NCBI RefSeq assembly: GCF_001194135.2
Contig: NC_069000.1
Coordinates: 7,269,559 to 7,333,558 of the forward strand
DNA: 64,000 nt
Direction of reading: 5' to 3'
DNA from: Octopus bimaculoides
Lineage: Eukaryota
Part shown: one piece after another, positions 37,501 through 50,749 of the stretch
Layout of the letters: every line of letters starts with the position of its first letter
Position numbering within the stretch: position 1 is the first letter of the stretch
Made by a program: the position numbers and the translations under genes
The notes under the pieces: model-generated
Databases searched by the model: none
What the model saw: only the letters and a program-made list of their open reading frames with translations
What the model was told of the DNA's origin: nothing

Positions 37501-39220
37501 TCAAAGGTAATTTTAAAAGACTATAAAATGTAATTTAAAATAACATGACACATATTCGATTCTAAGTTACTGTATTCATTCATCTGTATCTATGTGATGA
37601 GGTTAAGAGCTGACCAGGTTGGTAAGGTGTTGGTTTATTAAACAATAAAGCCACTGTTCAGAACAACATGTTACAGAATGAGATCTATAGCCGAAACATG
37701 GTCCAGTCTCCCCAATTAAAGAAATACTCTGGGGTTGTTCATAGTGGAACTACATAGTAATCAAGGAATTTACTCACATGGAGATAGATAGTCTTTGAGA
37801 AGACTAGTGAACTGTAGACAGAGACTGAACTAGATCAATCTGGTTATCTATTATTCTGAGAGCTATTTGATTTGATTAGTAGACTGTGGTCTTAGCTGAA
37901 TAATATTGATCTGGCATGTATTACTGACGTGGAGGCATGTGGTTTTATGGTTAGGGTGTTGGACTCATGATCGTAAGATTGTGATTTCACTTCCTGGACT
38001 GGGTGACATGTGTTCTTGAGCAAAATACTTCATTTCATGTTGCTCCAGTCCACTTAGCAACTGACCAACGTCCCATCAAGAGGGTAAATATATATAAACT
38101 AGGAAACCAGCCCATATGAATTCATAGGGCTTGAGAATGATGGCTGTCCTTTTATATATTATTGACAGCTAGGGCAAGTGATTGGGAGTAGAATGTGATC
38201 TGAGATGAAATAACATTGATCTGATACATCACTGACAGCTAGAGGAAGTGATTGGCAATGAACTGTGTTCTGAGGGAATTTGATCTATTATTAACAGCTG
38301 TGTGATTGGAAGTGGTGTGTGGTCTGAGATGAAGTAGTATTGATCTGGTACGTATTACTGACAGCTAGAGGAAGTGATTGGTAGTGAACTGTGGTCTGAG
38401 CGAATTTGATTGATCTCTTTATCTATTATTAACAGCTATGTGATTGGAAGGGGAGTGTAGTTTGATATGAAATAACATTGATCTGGTTGCCTATTACTTA
38501 TAACTAGGGGTACTGTGGTCTGAAAGTGAACCACTTTGACGTGGTACCTATTCTCTGGGTATAAGTGATCTGAGGATATAAGTAAAGAGTGTTTTTGCCC
38601 TGAAATGCTGTAAAAAGAACAGCTGATTAGATCTCCAGACTCATGAGAATATACAAACTCAACCAGTTAATAGCAGATCTCTATAATTAATGAATGGAAA
38701 TAGTTTAATGAAGATTAATGAACCGTACAAGTTTATTTAGTTGTCGCTGCAATGTATAACCCAAGAAAAGATCTTGTACTGCTTAATAGGATATAGCTTA
38801 TAGTACATTTCCTGTAGTATATTCTATGTATAGTAATATATATATTTATATTAACTAATAGATTTGATGTGCTGTTATATTATATATACACTAATACATT
38901 CTGTATACTCTAACATATACCAATATATTTAACTATATACTAACGTAATTATATATCTATATATATGTGTGTGTGTGTGTTAGTAACAAAATAAAACCTG
39001 ATTGATTAACACTGCATTGATGAGTGAATAGTTTCTTTTAATAGTAGGGTATTGTTAATATGATGTCAATGGTTTCATGCAAATATATTCAGTTATTCAA
39101 TCATAGCTTGGATAATGCTGACAGCTCAATCATTTTGTTTGATGTGAATAGTGTGTGTTTGTTGACACATATACTCTGATATTCTACTATATGTCTATGC
39201 TATATACTAGTATGTATATA

Positions 39221-39259
<39 letters not shown>

Positions 39260-39277
39260 AATGCATTTCTACTACAT

Positions 39278-39321
<44 letters not shown>

Positions 39322-41213
39322 TACATATATACTGATTTATACTACTAGATATTAATATACTCTGTATAAATAGTATAAATATATCTTGGCAAGAGTGTGT
39401 GAGTGATGTTGAAGTTTTGGAGTCAGCAGATGTAAGCATAGAGATTCTCTGACAATATTGGAAGCAGATTGAGATTGGCAGCTCATGTAATTTATATAGA
39501 TGGTGAAACACTTCTAGAAAAAAAAAAACTTCCTTTATAAACTAAACTTTAATTGCAAAAACTGCCTTAAATCTGATCTGAAAAAAGGTAATATTCCTGT
39601 GAGAAGTTTAACAATAGTTGCAATTGTTCATAGGGGAACGTATACATTGAATGTGCCCCTCCATTCTGAAGAGAATCACATGAAACACTCAAAACTGAAG
39701 CAAGAGGCAAAGAAATGAAGCCCCATAGATATCAATAATCCAGTGAAATACTCAACTTGTAACCATAGTTGGCTGTCTAAGGCTGGTTGGCTGGTCTTGA
39801 TAACCAGTTAAGGATATGTGATCAAAAACAAGCTAATAATAAATCATCATGTGAAAGACCATATATCAAGTAATAAAGGTTGCCTTTCTGTTGGTATTCT
39901 GAAGAAACATGTCTGTACACAATATCAGTTGGCATGATTCTGCATTGCATTTAACTGAAAAGAGACATTTAATGTGGTCATTGTGATAAAAGCTGCTGAT
40001 CATCAGCTCCTTAGCAAACAATGGTCCAAGTAATTATTCAGTCAGCTCCATCAGGTGTACTATGTACTCATGTATTACCATGCTTGTTAAATTATAATCA
40101 ATTTAGTAAGGAAATCATTTTTTACACAATTTAATTAAACAAGGAAGGGCAGTGCTCCTAACTGGTTTTGGAGCTTCATATCTGATAAGAGGAAGGGAGG
40201 AAGCTAACCTCAGGCTGGAAGCCTGGTCTTAATGTTTGCAATAGAATGAACTCCACTGAAGCTACCCAAAGACCAAACATCAGATTAAATTGTAATGATC
40301 CCCTTGCTAGCTTCCCCACAGTTTCTGTCTTCCTGATTTCACTCAGGATTTTAGTAAGCATGAGACTGTAAGAGAAGACATTTGACCAAGGTGCTGCAGT
40401 CTAGAATTGAAACTGAGACTTTGTAGTTGTGATGCAAATTTCTTAACCACACCACCATGTGTGTACCCCTAACAGTTTTATCATTAATTCACTATCTGAT
40501 ATACTGATTAACGAAAAAAAAAAAAGCATTAATTAAACTTGGACATCCCTGTAAAGATATACTGAACCACTGTATATTCTGTTTTTGTTGTTTGTTTCTG
40601 TATTCTTGTCGTTGTTGTTGTTGTTGTTGCTGTAATGTTGAAATTAAAACTCTGCTATTTATCTCCATTTTCTGCTCCCTGTGAATTAGCTTCTCGCCAA
40701 GGAAGAGAACGGGAATATAAAGGTGAGATGCTGATCCTTCTAGCCTGTTCTGCGATGTCTCTTCAGGCATCAATATATTTCAATGTTGTTAAGGCTGCCT
40801 TCTGCACCTGTCTTCTCATTTCAATCACCAACATCCATTTGGGAAATTATCTTGTATACAATATGTCCATTTATATTCGTTTTATAATCCAACAAAATGC
40901 AAAATAGTAAACAAGTATTAGGGTTAGTTTCATAGTCTTATAAAGCATTCAAGGTTGTTGCTGTTATTACTATTATCATCATCATTATCATCATCATCAA
41001 GGCAGTGAGCTGGCAGAATCATTAGCATGCCAGGCAAAATGCTTAGCAGCAGTTCGTCCATCCTTTCACCCTGAGTTTAAATTCTGCTGGGGTTGACTTT
41101 GCCCTTCATCCTTTCAAGGTTGATAAAATAAGTACCAGTCAGACACTGGGGGATCGATGAAATCGACTTACTCCCTCCCATGAACTTACTGGCCTTGTGC
41201 CAAAATTTGAAAG

Positions 41214-41258
<45 letters not shown>

Positions 41259-44200
41259 CATCATCATCATCATCATTATCATCATCATCATTATTATCAT
41301 CATCAAAGTGGTGAGCTGGCAGAATCGTTAGCACACCAGACAAAATGCTTGGTGGTATTTCTTCCGTCATTACATTCTGAGTTCACATTCCGCTGAAGTC
41401 GACTTTGCCTTTTACCCTTTCATGGTTGATGAAATAAGTACCAGCTGAACACTGGAGGGAGTGGGGTTTGGTTTCAATATAATTGACTAGTTCCCTCCCG
41501 CCAAACCATCAGGCCTCATACCTGTTGTAGAAAGGATTGTTATTATTATATATATAAGAAATCATTATTATTATTATTATTTTATAAGAAGCAGAACATA
41601 TGCTTCTTTCATCTCTTGTTTGTTTCCTCACTCTACTTCTGACTTCTTCCTGCATCATCTCTTTCTTCTTAAAGATATTTGAAATGTTGTTACTTACAAT
41701 GTCAAACCAATAAGGATCATTGTTTATCCCATCTTCTTGGTTCTAGTCAACACTGACTCAGTGTGATATTGTTTAATACCCCATATATGGTCATACAAAA
41801 TCTCTCTCTACACACACATATATATATATATGTATTAGAGCGTGGCCGTTGCCAGTACCGCCTGACTGGCTCCCGTAGGATTTTCGAGTGAGATCGTTGC
41901 CAGTGCCCCTGGACTGGCTTGTGCGGGTGGCACATAAAAGACACCATTTCGAGCGTGGCCGTTTTCGTGTGGGTGACACGTAAAAGCACCCACTACACTC
42001 TCTGAGTGGTTGGCGTTAGGAAGGGCATCCAGCTGTAGAAACTCTGCCAAATTAGATTTGAGCCTGGTGTTGCCATCCGGTTTCACCAGTCCTCAGTCAA
42101 ATCGTCCAACCCATGCTAGCATGGAAAGCGGACGTTAAACGATGATGATGATGATGATGATGATATANNNNNNNNNNNNNNNNNNNNNNNNNNNNNNNNN
42201 NNNNNNNNNNNNNNNNNNNNNNNNNNNNNNNNNNNNNNNNNNNNNNNNNNNNNNNNNNNNNNNNNNNNNNNNNNNNNNNNNNNNNNNNNNNNNNNNNNNN
42301 NNNNNNNNNNNNNNNNNNNNNNNNNNNNNNNNNNNNNNNNNNNNNNNNNNNNNNNNNNNNNNNNNNNNNNNNNNNNNNNNNNNNNNNNNNNNNNNNNNNN
42401 NNNNNNNNNNNNNNNNNNNNNNNNNNNNNNNNNNNNNNNNNNNNNNNNNNNNNNNNNNNNNNNNNNNNNNNNNNNNNNNNNNNNNNNNNNNNNNNNNNNN
42501 NNNNNNNNNNNNNNNNNNNNNNNNNNNNNNNNNNNNNNNNNNNNNNNNNNNNNNNNNNNNNNNNNNNNNNNNNNNNNNNNNNNNNNNNNNNNNNNNNNNN
42601 NNNNNNNNNNNNNNNNNNNNNNNNNNNNNNNNNNNNNTGTTATTAGATGCCTCTACTGTAACCATAGATTTTAAACCAGTCTTAGCCTAATAAGCCACCT
42701 TGGAGCCCACAATGAGTAAGCTGTCAATCTGGTCAACTTCAGAGACATAAAGGACAAACGTTATGTATGTGTATGTAATGTATGTAATGTACGTATGAAT
42801 TGTATGTATGTAGTGTATATATGTAATGTATGTGTGTAATGTATGTGTGTAATGTATGTGTGTAATGTATGTGTGTAATGTATGTGTGTAATGTATGTGT
42901 GTAATGTATGTGTGTAATTTTATGTGTGTAATGTATGTGTGTAATGTATGTATGTAATGTATGTATGTAATGTATGAATGTGATGTATGTATGTAGTGTA
43001 TGTATGTAATGTATGTATCTATGTAATGTATGTATGCATGAATGAATGGTCAACATTATATAAATTTGCAGTTCAATTTGTAGAGTATAAATAATGAATA
43101 TTTTATAAATATAAACAAATTTAAACATGGAACAAGGAATAAATTACGTTTCACTGTTCATGGTATTCGAACTTACATACTAACTTTTCAAAGGTCAGCA
43201 TTTTAAATCAGGTATTTTTATAACTCCAGCATCACAGTATATACAATATCATCTAAGAGAGAGATGGTGGGAAAGTGTGTTGGGGGGGGGGGAAGAATTT
43301 ATCACTTCATTGTAATTATCAATCTTTCACTCTCTCTTTTCTTGAATGCTTCATTTGTGCAGCTCTGGGGAGTGAGGTGGATCTCCTACCCCAGATTTGT
43401 TTTCCTTGTATGTTGCATTGGGATGATTTTCAATCTCTTTGCAAATTTTGAGGAACACACATTACGAAATGGTGACATTGTTTCATGACAAACAAACATC
43501 AACTTTTATGTGTGTGTGTGTGTAAATGCACGTGTGTACACACACGTATATGTGTATATATAAACACACATGCACATTTATATATATGTGTGTGGATATA
43601 TAAAACAAAATTCTGCGCCTCTTTCAGCTGGTTACCTGAACACTGCCCACAGCTCAGCTCTCCCTCTGCAGCAACAATTAGAACATGCCAATCAGAAATC
43701 TGGATTTAGTGATGAGAAATTCAAAATGCAGACTGTTCAACAGGTAAGTGATATAGCACTCAGAACATTCATAACTATTTCTAATTTATGCATATAACTA
43801 CTTGTAGCACAGTACATTAATGTTTCTCATGAACGTGAAAATCAAATGGAAATTGTAGTTGTGATACCTGTGCCGGTGGCACATAAAAAGCCCCATCCAA
43901 ACGTGGCCAATGCCAGCGCTGCCTTGACTGGCTAGTAATCTTTCTCCTCCTCTATTATAAAAGAATGTGACTCTTCACCATTCATAGACTGCTGAATATT
44001 CTGATCTTTTAGAGATTCATTATGATTTAGAAGTTGAACAAGAGTAATTTCACTTCCAGTGGTTGACAGAAAATCTTTCACACTTTGAAGTGAACATAAA
44101 TTACTTCAGAAGACAACAGTTTTGCTAACTCATTAATTTGTTAATATATGTATGTCTTATGTATTATAATTGCTGTTTATTGTGAGTGTGGTGTGTGTGT

Positions 44201-45325
44201 GTGTATATGTTTATTTTCTTATATTAATCATTGTTATAGCAGCATATACGAGGAATTACACCAATCACAAGCCAACAGCAAACCCTGATGGCCCGTCCTC
44301 TGCAGATACAACAGAATTCACAGCCAAAGGTAAATCAGTTAGCACTTTTCACCATATATTTATTTATCTCACTTTCCAATCTTTTAGATGACTACCTACA
44401 TGTCATAGAATAGACCTGAAAGCAAAAAATACCTGTTATGCGGAGTAGGCTAAGTCACCTCTGTTTCAAGCATTCAAATCAGATCTCCAATCTGAAGCTA
44501 ACTTTTACCCTTCTTTCTCTGTCTCAGGTTTCCTTTAAATGGTTATTGAAACTATCCTTCTTCCCACCAGTCATCAAAACCCTATAAAGAATCAAAGGTG
44601 CTGTTATTTTTCCTTGTATGTATTAAAAGATATGTAAATATGCAGTCACTGTGAAAAGCTCCCACCACCACCACCACAAGGGAGTTTTTGGGCAGCTTGG
44701 GCTGAGAATTGAACTGACAAAATTGGTTACTATTTAACAATTTGGTGACATTAATTGACCCCTTTTTTCCAAGATGCTGAGGAATAGTAGTAGAGATTTA
44801 CTTACGAGAATCTGAATTAAAATATGCCATGCACAACTCAGTTTGTGTAATAGTATAAATAGTTGCATTGAATGACAACATGTATGATAATTTGGTGAAT
44901 TACCCTTATTTTATTTTTAACCTTTCACAGGGCAGCATAGTCACTGGCTATTCTGGACGTGGTTCTCAGCCCCAACCTCAACACACTACCGTCAGTTCTT
45001 ACCAACCAGTGACAACTCAGGTAAGTTCCTTTTTGTTTTTTATTCTTCCTCATCTCTTTGGTATATTATCATTATCTGTTATTCGATGACGGCTCTACTT
45101 GAGATTGGGGTCTGTGTAAGGGTACCTAGTGAGACAGGCTACTCTGTAGACCCTTTAAAGCAGGCATGGAAATTTTTTTTCAAGAAGTGGGCCACATGAG
45201 ACATCACTCACCATCAGACATGCTGCACTACTAAAAAAAAAAAAAATTCAAAGTAATTTTCCATCAGGTGTGTCATTCAGAAAGTCTGTCTGGATGTTTT
45301 GCTTCCTTGTCCCATTTTTGGTATT

Positions 45326-45372
<47 letters not shown>

Positions 45373-45570
45373 TATATTGCTGTTTTTGTACCCACAGAAA
45401 AACGGTTGTTTTTTTCTATCTATCTGTTATTTATATACACTAAATGGACCTTCATCTATCATTTGTTAATGTTTTTTTCTCCTCTACTTCAGGCTACATA
45501 TTCTGGTCACCAAGCTGCTGGACGTCCACAGGCATACACATCCCAGCAACCCCCTGGTCGTTACTATTAA
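31645..45570 (+). CDS. GPS2: G protein pathway suppressor 2 (NCoR/SMRT-HDAC3 corepressor subunit), 10 coding exons, ~404 aa
   Basis: Exons: 31645-31738, 32521-32624, 33125-33249, 33712-33823, 34554-34713, 35280-35525, 43628-43743, 44240-44329, 44931-45020, 45493-45570; 1215 nt in frame. The N-terminus [31 protein letters not shown]...[10 protein letters not shown]...[18 protein letters not shown] matches the GPS2 coiled-coil motif (MPALLERPK...ALHRHIMMERERKRQ...EKHQLFLQLKKVLHEEE). The C-terminal part is rich in Q/P/Y/T and contains [15 protein letters not shown]. Confidence 0.93.
33885..34190 (-). mobile_element. RTE-clade LINE C-terminal fragment in a GPS2 intron
   Basis: The minus-strand frame [49 protein letters not shown] is a typical RTE C-terminus. 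Confidence 0.8.
37810..38570 (+). repeat. Degenerate ~60-70-bp satellite with alternating A/B units, split by a tRNA-derived SINE (~37927-38150)
   Basis: Recurring ACAGCT...GTGATTGG...TGTGGTCTGAG...TTGATCT motifs, with alternating AGAGGAAGTGATTGG and TGTGTGATTGGAAG variants. Confidence 0.7.
41845..42165 (+). mobile_element. Young RTE-tail retrocopy in GPS2 intron 6
   Basis: Same family with a (GAT)n tail; its spurious ORFs are almost identical to those at 12147-12371. Confidence 0.8.
42760..43040 (+). repeat. Compound microsatellite with a 13-bp unit (GTGTGTAATGTAT)n
   Basis: Directly visible; it explains the His/Thr-rich spurious ORF 42739-43128. Confidence 0.9.
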
Positions 45571-46221
45571 ACTGCTTTCATCTAACACTGAGACACTTGA
45601 TGTTGCTTCGTAATTTTTGTTTTCTGTTATTTTTGTCAGCCATTGTGGTTTTGTATGTTTTTTTTTTTAGTCATAATCATAGTCTTTTTATTTTTCATTA
45701 AAACTGTCCCAAATGCTTGAAAGTAGTCAAACGAATTAATGGCAGGTTTAAGTGATAAATTCTTGTTAATTAAAAACAGCGGGTAATAAAGATTTAAAGG
45801 TAGGAACAGGTGTGAACAGGTTAGAAAGGTAGGAGATTCTCTGAAGTTCAACAATAAATGAGTCAGTAGCTCTATGGCCCCACTTAATAAATCCTCTAAA
45901 TAACGAGAGGAAATAATTGCTGTAATGAAAAACAGTAGTAGTCTTATTCTTCATCATGAAGATAGGGAAGATAATCATTATTGGAATATAAAAACTGTAC
46001 TAGTCTTGTAATTCTTCACTATAATGGAGATTTTTTTTCATTCCCTTTTACCATTGTAAGAAATCACTTATTTATTTGGTCTGCACACACACACACACAC
46101 ACTGGACTAGATTTGGCTGGTACTGCAGATATATATTAGATTGGTTGCAGGAATGACCAGTACCTTGGGTAAATATACTGGATTTGTACCCTTACATATA
46201 TATTGAACTTGTACTGTAAGC

Positions 46222-46545
46222 CTGAAAGTGCATGGCTCAGTTGTCAGAGCATCAGACTTACAACTGTGAGGCTGCGAGTTCAATTCCCAGACTGGGCCGT
46301 GTGTTGTGTTCTTGAGCAAAATACTTTTTCACATTGCTCCAGTACACTTGGCTGTGAAAATAAGTTGTGATGTCATTGGTGCCAAGTTGTATTGGCCTTT
46401 GCCTTTCTTTTGGACAACATCGGTGGCATGAAGAGGGGGAGGCTGGTGTGCATGGGGGACTGCTGCTCTTCCACAAAAGAACCTTGCCCAGATTTGTATC
46501 TAGGTCCAATTCCATGATCATTTGTGATCAAAGGGGTCTTTACCC
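46222..46545 (+). mobile_element. tRNA-derived SINE, family C
   Basis: TGGCTCAGTTG...GAGTTCAATTCC head, then TGTGTTCTTGAGCAAAATACTT...TTGCTCCAGT. Related copies lie at 4810-5110, 31255-31450(-) and 37927-38150. Confidence 0.65.
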
Positions 46546-47357
46546 TTTACTGTAAGCCTATTGAATCAGTAAATAAGTACCAGTAATATATTGAGTTCAT
46601 TGGTTAACAGTTTTTCTTTTTTTTTCCTCCCTTACAAAAATTTGGGAAACATTTTTAAGATATGACAGGGAAATTTTAAAAAACTTTTCACAAACCCCTA
46701 TTTAAGATTTGAATTTCTAATGTAGGGCAAGGAAGTGAGTAATATGTAATTTGTAATAAATTTGTATTTTAAAAGGGATATGTTTAAATGTAGCTAATTT
46801 ATTCTGAAGATATGTATATAGCTATATATTGATACTGCCATGTTAAAATTATTACCTGTTCTGGGGTAAATATTACTGGAAGCTGAGATTATATGCAAGG
46901 AAAAAAACAGGTGGGTGCTTAGTTGTTAATATTTAATGTTTTTCAACTTGCACTACACATGGGTGTGTTAGACAAGTGAATTACTTAACACACACAGGCT
47001 CACTCACATAGACACACAGAACACTTACACATATACATAGCCAGGCTCACATAGACACACAGCCACACTCACATACACACACAAATTCACAGCCACATAC
47101 ATACACAAATCGTATTGAACATCCTTTGTCTTTTTAATTTTTTATTCTGTTTTATTTTTCCTATTTTAACAACCATTTCCTACTCCAAATATAAGTTGGG
47201 CAGTTTTTTTGTTTTGTAAATTAAATATTTTTAGTGCAAGTGTATATTACAGCTGGAGACATTCTTACTGTGAAGTGCTCGACTGTATAAAGTAATTTGG
47301 TACCTTTAGCCAGCCACTTTGACTGAGGCAAGGAGACAGACACACAAACATATATAC

Positions 47358-47390
<33 letters not shown>

Positions 47391-47395
47391 CACAG

Positions 47396-47419
<24 letters not shown>

Positions 47420-47426
<7 letters not shown>

Positions 47427-47582
47427 TATGGCAGGCTTCTTTCTCCTTTCCGTCTACCAACTTCACTCACAAGGCTTTGGTCGGCCCGAGGCTATAGTAG
47501 AAGACACTTGCCCAAGGTGCTACGCAGTGGGACTGAACCTGGAACCATGTGGTTGGTAAGCAAGCTACTTACCACAGCCACT
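47420..47582 (-). mobile_element. tRNA-derived SINE, family A (head GGCTGTGTGGTAAGTAGCTTGCTTACCAACC...)
   Basis: tRNA-like head followed by CTTGGGCAAGTGTCTTCTACTATAGCC...GTGAGTGGATTTGGTAGA. Related copies lie at 51435-51590(-), 50380-50520(-), 55487-55600(+), 18230-18330(-), 36500-36640(-) and 230-335(+). Confidence 0.75.
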
Positions 47583-47764
47583 CTTGCACTTATAGTTACT
47601 CAGAAATAGAATATTAGACAAAATCATTTGATTCAAACAAACATTTAAGCACAGCTAAATACTGCATTAGCTGCTGGTGTAATTATTGTGATCTGACTGG
47701 ATTCTATTGTAACAGGTGTTAATTGATCTGGGGTTAGGATTTCCTCTGTTATTTTTGATCTCTG

Positions 47765-48160
47765 ACAGAACACTCAACAACTATAATCTGAGGTTCCACT
47801 CAACAACTACAACAAAAATGAGCTTGTACACAACAACAACAACAACAGTCTGAACTTAGACTCAACAGCTACAACTACGGTCTGAACTTACACTCAACAG
47901 CTACATCAATAGTTTGGGCTTAAATTTGATGATTCTGAAATTATATTCAACAGCTACAACAGTCCAAGCTTACCCTCGACAACTACAAGAACAACAATCT
48001 GAAGTTACATTCAACAACTATTAGCAATAGTAGTCTGAGGTTACACTCAATAACCACAACATCCAGCCTATGGTTACTCAACAACAGCACATTACACTCA
48101 CCAGCAGTGTGATCACCTTCAACAGTCTGAAGTTACACTCAATTACACTAGAAACAGCAC
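47765..48160 (+). repeat. Degenerate ~30-bp (AAC-rich) minisatellite
   Basis: Recurring GTCTGAAGTTACACTCAACAACTAC(AAC)n-like units. Confidence 0.65.
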
Positions 48161-49255
48161 ACGGTCTGAACAGTGTTGTCTTTAGGTACACTGGGCAATT
48201 ATCCAGGGGCCTCACATGTCTAGGAATCCAATTCTAATCTGTGGCTTCCTGTCAATAAATAAATACTATAGGGTCCAGTTCATTGATTTGCCCAGGGGAC
48301 TACAATGCAGCTAAGTCTGAGTCTGAGAATGCTTACTATTCCACTGACTAAGTATGTTAAACCAATGAGATAGCCTCTGTGTGGTCACTAAATATGCTGG
48401 AAATAGCAGCTAAATCTCCCTCAAATCACACCCTGTCCTTTTAGGAAAGGATGAACATATTGGACAATGTAGTCCTACCTAAAGTGACAGGATGGTCAGT
48501 GGTTGGCTGTCTCAATCATGGTTGGCATCAGGCTAAACAAAAACATTAAGATATGATGGAGTTTTGATAATTTATTACGTTATGATATTGTATAGGCTTG
48601 ATAGAAATACCTATCAGCTGAAATGGTAAAAAAAAAAAGAAATAATTGTAGGGTTGAATAGTATAAGTCAATTTGACATACCTATGTTCTATATTAGTAG
48701 TAGAGGGGAGTTAATTTGAAGATTGAGGCAACTTGACAGAGACATCTATCACTTGTAATGGTGACTATGGGGAGATAATTGTATATTAACGTCGTGCCTA
48801 AATCAGAAACCATTATGTACATGATAATTATGATGATGATGATAAATATTTGTTCTCCTGAACATCTAAAATATTGGATGGAAAATGGACACATTTTGTT
48901 CAGTTTTTGTTTTGTATTTGTTTTTATTTTAAAGATCATGAATTTTTATGTTTCGTTCACTAATTTTCAGTTTATTTATTGTTCTCAATGATTTCTCCAA
49001 ATTGAAAGGAAGAAATAAAACAGAAACTATTCTTTGGTTTCACCATTTAACTATTCTTTGCCTGCATCTCTTTGTTTCTATATATCTCTTATTAACCTAC
49101 CTCACTACCATCTCTCCTACACACACACACACACATATATGTGTGTGCGTGTTCTTATGGCAAGTTGTAATAAAAACAATTTTTCATTAAACTGAAGAAT
49201 TACTCAATACTTTTTGTAGAATACATATTTTATTATACTTTTAAAAGAGCGTTGA

Positions 49256-49337
49256 TAGTGACTTTGAAGTTGTAGCCTGCTAGACTTCAGACAGTCACAT
49301 AAAAGCTAGCAGGCTGAAACTTCAAAGGAAGTCACTA
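49256..49337. other. 82-nt hairpin of pre-miRNA size, or a tiny MITE relic
   Basis: TAGTGACTTTGAAGTTGTAGCCTGCTAG pairs with CTAGCAGGCTGAAACTTCAAAGGAAGTCACTA; about 30 bp of stem and a ~15-nt loop. Confidence 0.6.
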
Positions 49338-50749
49338 CTCTTCTTGTTAAAATATATACACACACACACACATATATAATGATTAACTTATCTATCATCT
49401 CTCAAAACACACACATGTATATAAATATTCATCAATATTCTCTGTCCATCACTCTACTTGTAAATTTCTTTTTTCATCAACATTTCAAAATTTAGATAAA
49501 TATATCAATAACCAAAACTAAAGAGAAACTAACCAAATATTTATTTTTCCTTGTTTCTCTTAGAAACTAATTTTCTGAATGAAATGCAATTTCAATTACT
49601 TGTAATAAAAGGTTTCAAAATATTGCTTATAAATTTTTGTCAACCTGCTGTACTTGATGACAAAAAAGACACACAGACTTACTAGACACACTCCAGTTTT
49701 AGCAGAAAAAAAGGTTGTTCGTGCGTTAAAGCATGTAATATTAGCTTAATGGTGGCCCAACTTAGCATGTAGGACTTGAGATGATATTTTTTTGAGAAGC
49801 AAAACGTCCATCTTATATGCCATCAAATATGGTATTTTAACAAATTAAAATCAATGAAATACTTAGCCAAGAAAGTATACAGAATTATTACAATTTTATC
49901 AGAATTGCTTTTTGTTTTTTTCCTATGAAATAAAATGATCTATGAGTAAATAGCTAGGGAAGAACAAGGACTATTAGTACTTTAAAATAATGGTGTTTCT
50001 TTCAGATTAAGAAACGGTTAATTTCCATTGTGACATATGTAAATAAAACTATGAATAATTGACAAAATGAGCAAGCTTGTTGTTTTTATTTCTGGCCAGC
50101 TGCGAAGTAATATGCTGTTGTTTAAGAAAAGCCAATATGGAGTCAGAAATAAATGTTGAGTGAACAAAATGTTTTGTGGGAACAACCAAATTTCTCTTAA
50201 ATTACATCTTACCAGCTCATATAAAAGTCAAATAAATCAACCCCAGTATCTATTTTTTTATAAGTCTGGTTCTTATTCTATCGGTGCCTTTTACCAAACC
50301 ACTATGTTAAGATGTAGACACACCAACATCAGTTGCTAAGTAGTGGTGGGGGACAAACACACATTTATATATATATATGATGGGTTTTTTATCTACCAAA
50401 TCCACTCACAAGACTTTGGTTGATCAGAGGCTATAAAAGAAGACACTTGCCAAGGGTTCCATGCAGTGGGACTGAACTCAGAACCACATAGGAAGCAATG
50501 TTCTTACCACACAGCCATGCTGATACAGTGAATTACTGAACAGAAAACTTGTAACCAAGAATTCGTTTCTTTTTAAGAATTTGTTAGTAAGAAAATCTGA
50601 AAACAAATGTCTATAAATAATTTTATTAAAAAATGTAAACATTTAACACCAATCTTAAGGCAAACAGACCAATATATGAAGTTAATTTACATTTAAAGAC
50701 ATTCAGTAAATCTTTTTATCTCCCCCTCTAAATATTTGAACTGTTCATG

